From Heterodontus francisci (Eukaryota), in NCBI RefSeq assembly GCF_036365525.1, contig NC_090374.1, positions 169,335,708 to 169,399,707 of the forward strand: a stretch of DNA of 64,000 nucleotides. The letters run 5' to 3'. The notes beneath the pieces are model-generated. The model had not been told where the DNA came from and made no database searches. It was given only the letters and a program-made list of their open reading frames with translations. This document shows positions 1 to 11,329 of this stretch, in pieces; within the stretch, counting starts at the first letter, position 1, and each line of letters opens with the position of its first letter. The position numbers were made by a program, and so were the translations under genes.

Positions 1-72
1 GGAGGAGGACGGGTGGGAGACACTACAGGTGTAGTGTCTCAGGTTCAGCCACTGCCCAAATATATAGGACTT

Positions 73-196
73 ACTTACCCAGCTGCCACCTCGCTCTCCC
101 TGTCGCTGCTGCAAAAAGAAACTGCCGAAACAAAAAGGTAAGTTTATATTAGTTGTAAACTCACTTACCCAGCTGCCACCTCGCTCTCCCTGTCGC
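73..196. repeat. 34-bp exact direct repeat (73-106 and 163-196), probably the 5' UTR remnant of a minus-strand retroelement continuing left of the window
   Basis: ACTTACCCAGCTGCCACCTCGCTCTCCCTGTCGC occurs twice, 90 bp apart. Each copy reads GGGTAAGT (splice-donor-like) on the minus strand. The element assignment is inference. Confidence 0.7.
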
Positions 197-204
197 CGCT
201 CCAC

Positions 205-405
205 ATGAGCCTCACCCTGCCCTGCTTCATCTAACCCCATTAACACATCCTTATATTCCTTTCTCCTTCATGTGTTTATCTACCTTCCCCTTAAATGCAT
301 CAATGCTATTCACCTCAACCACTGCCTCTGGTAGTGATTTGCACATTCTCACCACTCTCTGGGTAAAGAATTCCGTATTAGATTTATTAATGACTATCTT
401 GTATT
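205..405 (-). mobile_element. CR1 LINE 3' fragment
   Basis: Minus-strand translation FFTQRVVRMCKSLPEAVVEVNSIDAFKGKVDKHM matches the CR1 ORF2 C-terminus. Confidence 0.85.
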
Positions 406-407
406 TA

Positions 408-1234
408 GCAGTTACAAATGACATCCTATGTGACTGTGATAAAGGTAAACTTTCCCTCCTCATCCTTCGTGACCTGTCTGCAGCCTTTAACACAATTGAC
501 CACACCATCCTCCTCCAGTGCCTCTGCACTGTCGTCCAGCTGGGTGGGACTGCACTCGCCTGGTTCCATTCTTATCTATCTAATAGTAGCCAGAGTATCA
601 ATTGCTTCTCTTCCTGCTCCCACACCATTACCTCTGATGTCCGCCAAGGATCTATCCTTAATCTCCTCCCATTTCTCATCTACATGCTTCCCCTCGGTCA
701 CATCATCTGAAAACACAGCGTCAGTTTCCACATGTCCACTGACGACACTCAGCTTTATCTCACCACCACATTTCTCAACTCTTCCATTGTCTTTAAATTG
801 TCAGGCTGCTCATGCGACATCCAGAATTGGATGAGCAGAAATTTCCTCCAATAATATATTGGAAGACTGAAGCCATTGTCTTTGGTCCCCGCCACAAACT
901 CCATTCCCTAATGACCGACTCCATCCCACTCCCTGGCAACTATCTGAGGCTGAACCAGACTGTTCACAACTTCGGTGTCATATTTGACCCTGAGATGAAC
1001 TTCTAACCACATCTGCATCATCGTTAAGATTTCTACCTCTGTAACATTGACCGACTCCACCCCTGCCTCAGCTCGTCTTCTGAAACCCTCATTCATGCCT
1101 TTGTTACCTCTAGACTTGACTATTCCAACACACTCCTGGCTGGCCTCCCACATTCCACCTTCCATAAACTTGACATCATCCAAAACTCTGTTGCCCATGT
1201 CTTAACTCTCACTAAGTCCCTTTCACCCATCACC
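408..1234 (+). mobile_element. L2-clade LINE, RT region (5' part, split by the CR1 insertion)
   Basis: Translation LILRDLSAAFNTIDHTILLQ...GTALAWFHSYLS...VRQGSIL..FLIYMLPLG carries L2-type RT motifs. It has stops and frameshifts. Confidence 0.88.
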
Positions 1235-3603
1235 AACTAGAGAACAGGCTATCCTAGACTGGGTATTGTGCAATGAGAAAGGATTAATTAACAATCTTGT
1301 TGTGCGGGGTCCCTTGGAGAGGAGCGACCATAACATGATAGAATTCTTCATTAAGATGGAGAATGAAATATTTGAATCCGAAACGAGGGTCCTGAATCTA
1401 AATAAAGGAAATTATGAAGGTGTGATGTGCGAGTTGGCCATATTAGGTTGGGGAACTTTACTAAAAGGGTTGACAGTGGATAGGCAATGGATAATATTTA
1501 AAGAACGTGTGCATGAATTACAACAATTATTCATTCCTGTCTGGCGCAAAAATAAAACCGGAAAGGTGGCTTAACCATGGCTTACAAAGAAATTAGGGAT
1601 AGTATTAGATCTAAAGATGAGGATATAAAATTGCCAGAAAAAGCAGCAAGTCTGAGGATTGGGAGCAGTTTAGAATTCAGCAAAGGAGGACAAAGTGGTT
1701 GATTAAGCGGGGGAAAATAAAGTATGATAGCAAACTTGCAGGGAACATAAAAACTGACTGTAAAAGCTTCTATAAATATGTGAAGTCAAAAAGATTAGTG
1801 AAGAAAAATGTAGGTCCCTGACAGTCAGAAATGCGAGAAATTATAATGGGGAACAAAGAAATGGCAGAACAATTAAACACATACTTTGGCTCTGTGTTCA
1901 TTAAGGAGGACACAAATAACTTCCCAGAAATGTTCGGAAACCAAGGGTCTAATGAGAGGGAGGAACTGAAGGAAATCAGTATTAGTAAAAAAAAAAAATA
2001 GTGCTAGGGAAATTAATGGGGTTAAAGGCTGACAAATCCCCAGGGCCTGATAATCTACATGCCAGAGTACTGAAGGAAGTGGCCCTGGAAATAGTGGATG
2101 CATTGGTGGTCATCTTCCAAAATTCTATAGCCTCTGGAGCAGTTCCTACAGATTGGAGGGTGGCAAATGTAACCCCACTATTTTTTAAAAAAAAGAGGGA
2201 GAGAAAAAAACAGGGAACTACAGACAAGTGAGCTTTACATCAGTAGTGGGGAAAATGCTCGAGTCTTTTATAAATGATGTGATAGCAGAACACCTGGAAA
2301 GCATAAACAGGATTGGGCAAAGTCAGCATGGATTTATGAAAGGGAAATCATGCTTAACAAATCTACTGGAGTTTTTTGAGAATGGAACTAATAGAATAGA
2401 TAAAGGAGAACCAGTGGATGTGGTGTATTTGGATTTTCAGAAAGCTTTTGATAAGGTCGCACATAAGAGGTTAGTGTGCAAAATTAAAGCACATGGGATA
2501 GGGGGTAATATACTGGCATGGATTGAGAATTTGCTGACAGACAGGAAAGAGAGAGTAGAAATAAACGGGTCTTTTTCTGGGTGGCAGGCAGTGACTAGTG
2601 GGGTACTGCAGGGATCAGTGCTTGGGCCCCAGCTATTCACAATATATATTAATGACTTGGGTGAGGGAACTAAATGTAACATTTCCAAGTTTACAGATGA
2701 CACAAAGCTGGGGGGGAAAGTAAGCTGTGAGGAGGATGCAAAGAGGCTCCAAAGTGATTTGGACAAGTTGGGTGAGTGGGCAGATGCAGTATAACGTGGA
2801 TAAATGTGAGGTTATCCACTTTGGTTGTAAAGAGAGAAAGGCAGATTATTATCTGAATGGTGATAGATTGGGAAAGGGTAGGTGCAATGAGACCTGAGTG
2901 TCCTTGTACACCAGTCACTGAAAGCAAACATTCAGGTGCAGCAAGAAATTCGGAAGGCAAAATGATATGTTGGTCTTTGTTGCAAGAGGATTTGAGTACA
3001 GGAGCAAGGATGTCTTACTGCAGTTATACAGGGCCTTGGCGAGACCACATCTGGAGTATTGTGTACAGTTTTGGTCTCCTTATCTGAGGAATGATGATCT
3101 TGCCATGGAGGGATTGCAAAGAAGATTGACTCGGCTGATTCCTGGGATGGCAAGATTGACGTATGAGGAAAGATTGTGTCGGCTAGGCCTACATTCACTA
3201 GAGTTTAGAAGAATGAGAGGGGATCTCATAGAAGCCTATAAAATTCTAACAGGACTAGACAGGCTAGATGCAGGGAGGATGTTCCCGATGGCTGGGGAGT
3301 CCAGAACCAGGGGTCACAGTCTCAGGATACAGGGTATGCCATTGAGTACTGAGAGGAGAAATTTCTTCACTCAGAGGGTGGTGAATCTGTGGAGTTCTCT
3401 ACCGCAGAAAGCAGTGGAGGCCAAGTCATTATATATATTCAAGAAGACGATAGATATATTAATGCCAAAGGGATCAAGGGATATGAGGAAAAAGCGGGAA
3501 CAGGGTACTGAATTAGACCATCAGCCATGATCTTTTTTGAATGGCGGTGCAGGCCCGAAGGGCTGAATGGCCTACTCCTGCTCCTATTTTCTATTTCTAT
3601 TTT
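1235..3603 (+). mobile_element. 5'-truncated CR1 LINE (end of AP-endonuclease, RT, 3' UTR), inactivated
   Basis: Broken ORF2 pieces: RSDHNMIEF (APE end), KSPGPDNLHARVLKE, QHGFMKGKSCLTNLLEFF, VYLDFQKAFDKV, SGVLQGSVLGP, ISKFTDDTKLGG, RPHLEYCVQFWSP. It ends in a short CTATTT-type repeat. Confidence 0.95.
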
Positions 3604-4030
3604 TCACCCCCTGTGACTCACTGACCTACACTTGCTTCCGGTTAAGCAACATCTCAATTGTAAAATTCTCATTCTTGTTTTCAAATTCCTCCATGCCTCG
3701 CCCCTCCCTATGTCTGTTATCTCCTCCAGCCCCACAACCTTCCGAGATCTCTGCACTTCTCTAGTTCTGGCCCTTTGAGCATCTACAATTTTAATTGGTC
3801 CACTGGCACTGGAAGCTGTGCTTTCAATTGCCCAAATCCTAAGCTCTAGAATTTGCTCCCTAAACCTTTCTGCTTCTCTGCTGCTCTTTCCTCCTTTTAA
3901 AGTGCTCCTTAAACCTCCTTCTTTGACAAAGCTTTTGACCATCTGCTCTAACATTGGTGTCAAAATTTTGCTTTATAACACTCCTGTGAAGCAACTTGGG
4001 ATGTTTTATTTTGTCAAAGATGCTATATAA
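3604..4030 (+). mobile_element. L2 LINE 3' part (continuation of 408-1234)
   Basis: Resumes TCACCCC-CTGTG where the L2 was interrupted. Ends in the L2 tail GATGCTATATAA, which continues at 4263-4285. Confidence 0.85.
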
Positions 4031-4262
4031 ATAAAAACAAAAAGAGCTGGAAATACTCAGCAGGTCGGGCAGCATCTGTGGAGAGAGAAGCAGAGTTAAC
4101 ATGTCAGGTCAGTGACCTTTCATCAGAATTCACTGGTCACTGACCAGAAACGTTAACTCTGCTTCTCTCTCCACAGATGCTGCCAGACTTGCTGAGTATT
4201 TCCAGCACTTTTTGTTTTTATTTCAGATTTCCAGCATCTGCAGTATTTTGCTTTTATTTTCG
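4031..4262. mobile_element. Short Penelope-like element (inverted terminal-repeat pair) with 10-bp TSD
   Basis: 4031-~4116 is the near reverse complement of ~4135-4221. It is flanked by TGCTATATAA at 4021-4030 and 4263-4272 and contains a hammerhead-like core. Confidence 0.8.
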
Positions 4263-5699
4263 TGCTATATAATAGTTGTTGCTGCTGCCCCTTTGGACTG
4301 TTATCTTTTGGTGGCGATGCATTGGACTTTCATTCACATTTTTAATTGAATTGCTGCCTCTCACCAGGTCCAAAACCAGCCAGAAGGGAGATGGAGGATG
4401 GAGGGCTGAGGAGGGGGGGGGGGGGGGGGTGCAGAAGTGTTTCGATTTGGAGCAGAGCAGGGGCTGGGATCATGGCTGGAATTCTGATGTTTCCTTTACT
4501 GATGGTGAAAATTAAGCTGAAGGCTCATGAACAAAACACATCTATGTGAGAAAATCCAGGAACCAGCAGAAAATAATGGACTTGTACTTCATTTTTAAAA
4601 AAGAATTATTCTTTCTTGTTTCATACCTCACCTTTTGCAAACAGAAAAACTCTGTTTTTAAAAATTAGGCCTTTACTCGGCAGTTCAGAAATATTTTCAT
4701 GCCAAGACTGGACAAGTGGATTCTGACAGTTATTCATTGATGTTTTATGGACAGGAGGGGGTCGGCTTGTTAAAATGTCTTCTCTGACAATGTAGCTTCC
4801 GAATGGGCTTTGCTTTACCACTTAGTGCCCGGCATTCCCATATTAACTAAAACATTCTGGAGAATTCCTACTTTTTTCCTTTGGAAATGTACATTTCAGA
4901 AGCGCATGTTTGTGTGAACATGCTACTCATTCCAGAGAAAACAAGGCATTCTCCTGCTTTTGTTCAAGAGGAGTCCGTCTGTTGTCTCATAAGCCCATAC
5001 AGCACAGAAGGAAGCAATTCGGCCAGTCATGCCAAGACTGCCTCTTTGAAAGATCTGTCCCGTTAGGCCTGTACCCTTTCCCCTTAGCCCTCAACAAGGC
5101 CTTCCTATGGTGAACTCACAGCAAAGATATAGATGCTGTGTTGAAGGAAGGGCAGGGGATGGTTACGGATTGTGTATAGAAAACAGCACCTAACAGGGCA
5201 ACCCTGCCCTGTGCAATCCTGGACAACTTGCACATTAGTCTGTCCCCTAACAGCAAGCTGAATCTGAGGGATTATGCAGAAACAGCAGGAACATTTTGAT
5301 GGTAGTTTACACGCTATGCCTGACGATTTAGTTTCTTTTGCCATTCTTCTGATAACACCCAGTATTACCTGCTGACAGAAAATTCCACCCTCCTGCTCAC
5401 TACCCACCCCCTGCAACCCCCCACTCCCCCCAAGACTCAAGGCAAGGTTTAGGGACAAAATTAACATTAATAATAAACAGCTGGAATCCAGACTTCCAGT
5501 AAAATAGATCACAAGAAAAAAATTGTGGATGTATGCATGTGTGTACATGTTTAGTCACTCCATGCATGTTTGCTTGTATGTGTGTGTGCGCTGGTGCTTG
5601 TGTGTATATATACATGTCCACCTCTCTCACACCTTTAAACTGTATTTTAAACTTTACTTTCTACTCTTGGTTTCTAAGAAACTGCAGCTGAAGGTTTTC

Positions 5700-6640
5700 A
5701 CGACTGGCTGAAGTTTCTTTTTAGTTGCTGTAGTATCTGAGCCTATCAACAGCCTTACTGAGAGCAAAATAATGGAAAATATTTACAGCAGAGAATGGGT
5801 GCCTGAAGAGTTAATGCAATAACTGGAAGAGAACTCATACAGTAGTTCCCTACAGCAGCTTGTTTTAAAGTCTGGTCAGTCTGAACTTGCGACTCTTTCA
5901 CTTCTGTCTGCAGTAATGAAGTCTATGTGTAAGTGACACATATATCACAATTCTGTCACAATCCTGAAGCAGGGCAAAGTTCAGAGAGAGGAGCTGGGTG
6001 TAGCTGCAGGAGGTCAGGGGCAAGCAGGAATGCTTTCTCAGTGCTGTGTCTGTGAGCTACTCCCTGGTCAGAATGAGCACAGTGCAGAGAGCCTCCTTGG
6101 CAGTGTTTAATGGCAGGATGATGTAGTCTGTTGTGACTTACTGCATTCCATTCAGGTTAAACTAGGGAAATGGCATTGTGTTAAAATTCCAAGTCGCATG
6201 AATGTTTTATTGCCACAAAAGTGCGTTTAGTTCTCGAGGGACGAAAGGGGGGGGGGGGTGGAGGAGGAGAGACGGTTCAGGAACTGCAAGCAGAATACTT
6301 CCTTGGAAAATGTTACCACTGGTGCGAGAGGCTGATTTGCTGTGACAGTCACTTTAGGAGGATTTCACATTTCTTAACTGTGGCTGTTTAGAATCTCGCA
6401 GTTGAGACAATTAACTGTTGAAGGAAATCTGACGATCCGCATGCAAGGGGCTGGGAGGTAGGGAGAAGGAATGTGCCAGAGTGGAGCAGAGTTGCCTGCT
6501 TGACAAAGTGCCAGAAACCCTAAAGCTGTTTTTGCAGTCTGCTGCAGGCCGCGAGTGATCTGTTAACTGTGTACAACTGACTGGGAGGCCACTGCAGCTC
6601 ATGGTACTGTATGTTACCGCAATACTCCCTCATTCCTTCT
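5700..6640 (+). promoter_or_regulatory. Candidate promoter/enhancer and possible first exon (TE-free block)
   Basis: No repeat similarity seen. Contains DR1 AGGGCAAAGTTCA (5971-5983) and four GGAATG/CATTCC motifs. An ATG at 6601 has an upstream in-frame stop and is followed by possible donors GTACTG/GTATGT. Confidence 0.3.
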
Positions 6641-7842
6641 CTCTCTCTCTCTCTCTCTTTCATTCTTTTTTAAGAAGACAGTAAGATAGCAAAAATGAAC
6701 CGGAACACATGAATGTTAAAAGCTGTGCTTAACTAATCAAGTTAAATTATTTATTAGACGTCATTGTTGAATAAAGTAAGGGGCTTGTTTGAAAGATAAA
6801 TGTCAGTGCTGGAAACGAAAAACTTTGGACTTGAGGTGATTGGAGGTTTGGATTTGCCGCGGCAGATTGCAGTCAAACTCTTTCAATGAAATTGTGGGGC
6901 AAATGATGTTTCATTCATCTTGTAGATTATTACAAGATACATTTGTTTTAACGTGTGTTCTGATACTGAAGCTTCCTGTCGCTGTGTAAGTGAAACTACA
7001 GCTTCAGTAATTTTTTTTAAAACGACTGTCACTGTGTGAGTCTCACACTCCGTTTCAAATTGCTGCAGCAATTTTCTCTTCAGTTGTTTTTACCTCATCC
7101 TTCCTTACGGGTTTTTGACTCCAGGCCTGGATTAAATGCACCACGAGTCGCAGCCCTCACCTTGGCGGCGTCCGCCAGCTATTCGGGCATGTGAGGCAGC
7201 GTGGCTTGCCAGTAACAATCTCTGTCCTCGGGCGATCTTCCTCACGCATCCCAGCGTGGCTTTGACCACTTCCCTGGATAGGAAGACGACTTTTGTTATC
7301 GCTCTCTAACCACATTGTGTAACTAATAAGCAAATAGCTTTGAAAAATCCCATTATCTTGTTCCACCACAAGCCAAATATTGGCCCAGCGTTTCCCGCAG
7401 TGGGACTTCTCACGGTGTGCCCCGTTAGACTTTCTCCTGCACCCTTTGGTTCAAACATGTCTTGGGAGTGTAAGCTGAAAACAGTGTGGCGAAGGCAACG
7501 GGGAACTCGGTGAACGACAGGATCAACAGTTTATCTCCTTAAGCAATGAGATTTGAAGATTGAGAAAGAAAAAGTCAAATGATTGAAAAGAGCGAAATAG
7601 AGGCAATTCAGGCCCAGATAGAAATGAAGGGAAAGAACAATTAGTTTCCACAGTTCCACAGTTTAAATTCTTTTCCTGGACCAGAGAGTTCGTAGCATTG
7701 CAGGAACATGAATCTCTTTAAAAGCCTCATTATGCTGTCAAGTACCAGCCCTAACTTTCTGTGGCAAGTTTAGTGGGTATTATTGCGATTTGCAATTCAA
7801 GAGAATCTCTCCCTCGCCACAAAGTGCTGGCGATGCACCTAT

Positions 7843-8243
7843 TAATAACAACGTATATTTGGTACCTTTAATGTAATGAAACATCCCAAGACACCTTACA
7901 GGAGCATTGTAAAACAAAGTAGGACACTGAGCCACAAAAGGAGATATTGGGTCAGATGACCAAAAGCTTGGTCAAAGAGGTAGCTTTTATGGACTGTCTC
8001 TAAAGGAGGAAAGTGAGGTAGGGAGGGGATTCCAGAGCTTGCAGCCTGGGCAACTGAAGGTGTGGCCACCAATGGTGGAGTAATTAAAACCAGTGATGCA
8101 CAAGAGGCCAGAACTGGAGGATCACAGAGATTTTGGAGATGGTGGGCTGGAGGAGATTACAGAGATAGGGTGGCCATGGAGGGATGAGAATTTTAGGTCA
8201 GCGAGCACAGGGGTCATAGGGCAACAGGACTTGGTGCGAGTTA
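7843..8243 (-). mobile_element. L2 LINE 3' fragment
   Basis: Reverse complement of the 3604-4030 L2 segment. Confidence 0.85.
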
Positions 8244-8775
8244 ATAACAGTGAAGGACCGAACATTAATTTGGCAGCAGAACCAGCCCGTTGAATATGTG
8301 AGCAGAAATGAATCCAGAATTGCCACTTGTTGTGTCCACCTTTGACGGCAGCAGCTTTATCCCAGCAGGCACTGTGGCTAATGAGGCAACTACAATAGGC
8401 CAGGCTTCTATACATTTACAGGGCTGCGTAGATTATGGAAAGGTGATTTAGAATTTGTAGGGAGAATGGACACAGGTTCAGTGCATGTTTGCCTTTGCTT
8501 ATCCTGCCAGCACTTTCTACATGCATGTGGTTGTTAAGACTGTGATGCAGTACATGTTTTTTGTACATGTGTGGAATGGAATTGTTATTGAAGCGGTGGC
8601 TGACTCTGCCAGTATATATTTCTTGTGATAAAAATTAGACCTCATTGTACAGGTGTAAACTGGATGCAACAGGACGCGATTCTAGGGAGTGATGTCCTAT
8701 GGCCCAAAAACGTTTGAGAAACATTTGACCAGGAAATGTCAGGCCATTTTTCAGCCATAGTGGGTGACTGCCTAA

Positions 8776-9095
8776 AACAACAACAACTTGCATTTATATA
8801 GCACCTTTAATGTGGTAAAACATCCTCAAATGTTTCACAGGATTGTTATCAAACTAAACTCGACATCAAACCACATGACGAGATATTGGGACAGATGGTC
8901 AAATGTTCAGTCAAAGAGGTTGGTTTTAAGGCACAGTTTAATGAAGGAGAGAGGTGGAGAGGTTTAGGGAGGAATTTCCAGAGCTTAGGGCCGAGGTAAC
9001 TGAAGGCAAGGCTACCAAAGGTGGAGTGATGGAAATCGGGGATACACAAGAAGCCAGATTTGGAGGAGCTCAGAGATTCTTTTAAAATCTCATCT
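8776..9095 (-). mobile_element. L2 LINE 3' fragment
   Basis: Starts with CAACAACAACTTGCATTTATATAGCACC (L2 tail, reversed). Similar to the other L2 copies. Confidence 0.85.
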
Positions 9096-9112
9096 GGTGC
9101 CAGGAGGAGTGC

Positions 9113-9455
9113 CTCTCTCCCCCCTCGCTCTCTTCTCTCCCCCCTCGCTCTCTTCTCTCCCCCCCCTCGCTCTCTTCTCTCCCCCCCCTCGCTCTCTTCT
9201 CTCCCCCCCCTCGCTCTCTTCTCTCCCCCCCCTCGCTCTCTTCTCTCCCCCCCCTCGCTCTCTTCTCTCCCCCCCCTCGCTCTCTCCTCCCCCCCCTCGC
9301 TCTCTCCTCCCCCCCCTCGCTCTCTCCTCCCCCCCCCTCGCTCTCGCTTCCCCCCCGCCCCCATCTCTCTCGCTTCCCCCCCGCCCCCATCTCTCTCGCT
9401 TCTCCCCCCCCCCGCCCCCATCTCTCTCGCTTCTCCCCCCGCCCCCCCCAATCTC
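9113..9455. repeat. Pyrimidine-rich minisatellite, unit about 21-24 bp (CTCTCCCCCCCCTCGCTCTCTT) drifting to CCCCCGCCCCCATCTCTCTCGCTT
   Basis: Tandem array read directly from the sequence. Confidence 0.95.
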
Positions 9456-9954
9456 ATCCCAGGATGTACCTGAGGGCCTCTTCTGGCAAGGTAGATGGTT
9501 TGTAGTTGGCTGACTCAGTCTCCTGGTGCTGGGATCAATCCTGGGGCCTCATATGGGAGCTGAACACTGGCCTTGTCGAATTTCAAGGCCATTTTTAAAA
9601 ATCAAAACATATGATATGTTTAAAAATGCAAACCATCATGTTGTAATTGAGATTGCAGACACAGTAATTACTCTTCATACAACAGCACTCTCTTGGTGGA
9701 CATTTCAATGCACTCCTTTGAGAATTAATGCCCTTTAGAATGACCTTGATGCAGTGACATTGCCCCTTTAAGTAGGACCAACAGCAAAATGATGAGTTAC
9801 TGTAGACGATAGTGCAACATTCAGATGCAAACAAACTTTTTTTTATCTGTCTGTATACTAAGGCCTACTGCAGTATTGTGTCTATTAAACAAGTGTCTTC
9901 TGCCAGTGTAACCTCAATGTTATCAAGGGCCTTTCAGTTACCTCTCGCATCATT

Positions 9955-10255
9955 GCAGCATTCGTCTCATTGTGCCTGTATCGGCTCTATCCAAGACCTA
10001 TCCAATTAGTCCCACACCCCCCTACTTTTTTCCCGTAACCTCGCAATTTTCTCCCCTTCAAGTGTTTATCCAATTCCCTTTTGAAAGTTACTATTGAATT
10101 TGCTTCCACTGCCTTTTCAGGCATTGCATTCCAGATCATAACAACTCGCTGTGTGTAAAAAAAAAAATCCCTTCATCTCCCCTCTGATTCTTTTGCCAAT
10201 TATCTTAAATCTGTGTCCTCTGGTTACCAACCCTCCTGCCGTTGGAAACAGTTGG
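9955..10255 (-). mobile_element. CR1 3' fragment
   Basis: Block CTATCCAATTAGTCCCAC...GCATTCCAGATCATAACAACTCGCTG is shared with the other CR1 3' ends. Confidence 0.85.
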
Positions 10256-10259
10256 CCTG

Positions 10260-10490
10260 TTGTCCACCTCCCCATTGGTGGTCGTGTCTTCAGCTCCTTG
10301 TCCTAAAACACTGTCATTCCTTCTCTAAACCCCTTTCGTCTCTCCACTCTTGCATCCATTAACACCCACCATAAAACCCCACTCCTCGACCAAACTTTTG
10401 GTAACCTCTCCTAATGTGTGGCGCAGTGACCATTTTCTGCCTTTATATGGGAGTGCTTCTATGTTCTATATAAATGCAAATTGTTGTTAT
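10260..10490 (+). mobile_element. Degenerate L2 3' fragment
   Basis: Ends CTATATAAATGCAAATTGTTGTT. Similar to the other L2 tails. Confidence 0.7.
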
Positions 10491-11329
10491 ACAATTATGG
10501 ATAATTACGCCAGAATTATTATTTCCATTGTGAGCTGCTGCTTACAGCAGTTATTTTAAGTACAGCTTCAGCTTGTGGTATCACAAAGCTTCACTTTGCT
10601 TACACTGTTAGTGGGAAGCCTCCATTTGTGATGTTGCAATCAAGGGGTTGCTCCACACAGTCAACTTCTAACATTTATAATGTTTTATGACCAATTTTGG
10701 GCAGGGGGTGGGGGGGATATCTTCCATTTAAGAACCAAGGACATTTCTATGCATGTAAGTATTTTTCAAAATATCTCACACAAAATGATAGACTTCTGAA
10801 ATTATATTTCTACTATTTATTAAGACCCATTACTGTCTGTCACAAATAATCACTTAACTACTTGTACCTTTTTTGGAAGCATTTGTTAAAAGAAAATCAT
10901 GCTCAGCCTTCCTCACAATTATGATGAAAAGATTTATGGGGGTCATAAACTTAATGACCAATTGACTGTGAAGCAGAACCTATTTTATGAGCAACCTGCA
11001 AAATATGGCGTGCGCAGTAGACCCTGTGGCCACAGTAATTGTTCCACTGACTATTATTGTTAAAGGGTCATTTACCTTTTACTTTTTGATTGTCTGAATT
11101 CAAGGTCTATTAAAACATCAGCGGCTTAAAGTAGAGGGATTCTACTCATGTCATGTTGTGTCTGCTCTACATAAAATAGACAGCATTCCCATGATCAAGC
11201 TCTACTGTCTTTTAGGTGAGGATTTGCAGCTCCATCTCTGTATCGGTGCTGCCTGCTCACGAGGTACCAGTCACATTGCAGGTTCTGGTCCCAGTCAGTT
11301 CCTGGGGAGTGTGACATAATGTTAATGTT

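Noticed and set aside
1235-3603. Active reverse transcriptase gene or retron-like system
   Set aside because: ORF2 is 5'-truncated with several stops and frameshifts. It is an ordinary dead CR1, as are 41459-42726 and 59821-61769.
8849-9513. Long low-complexity ORFs (202, 138, 137 and 102 aa)
   Set aside because: They are stop-free translations of the minisatellite plus L2 sequence.
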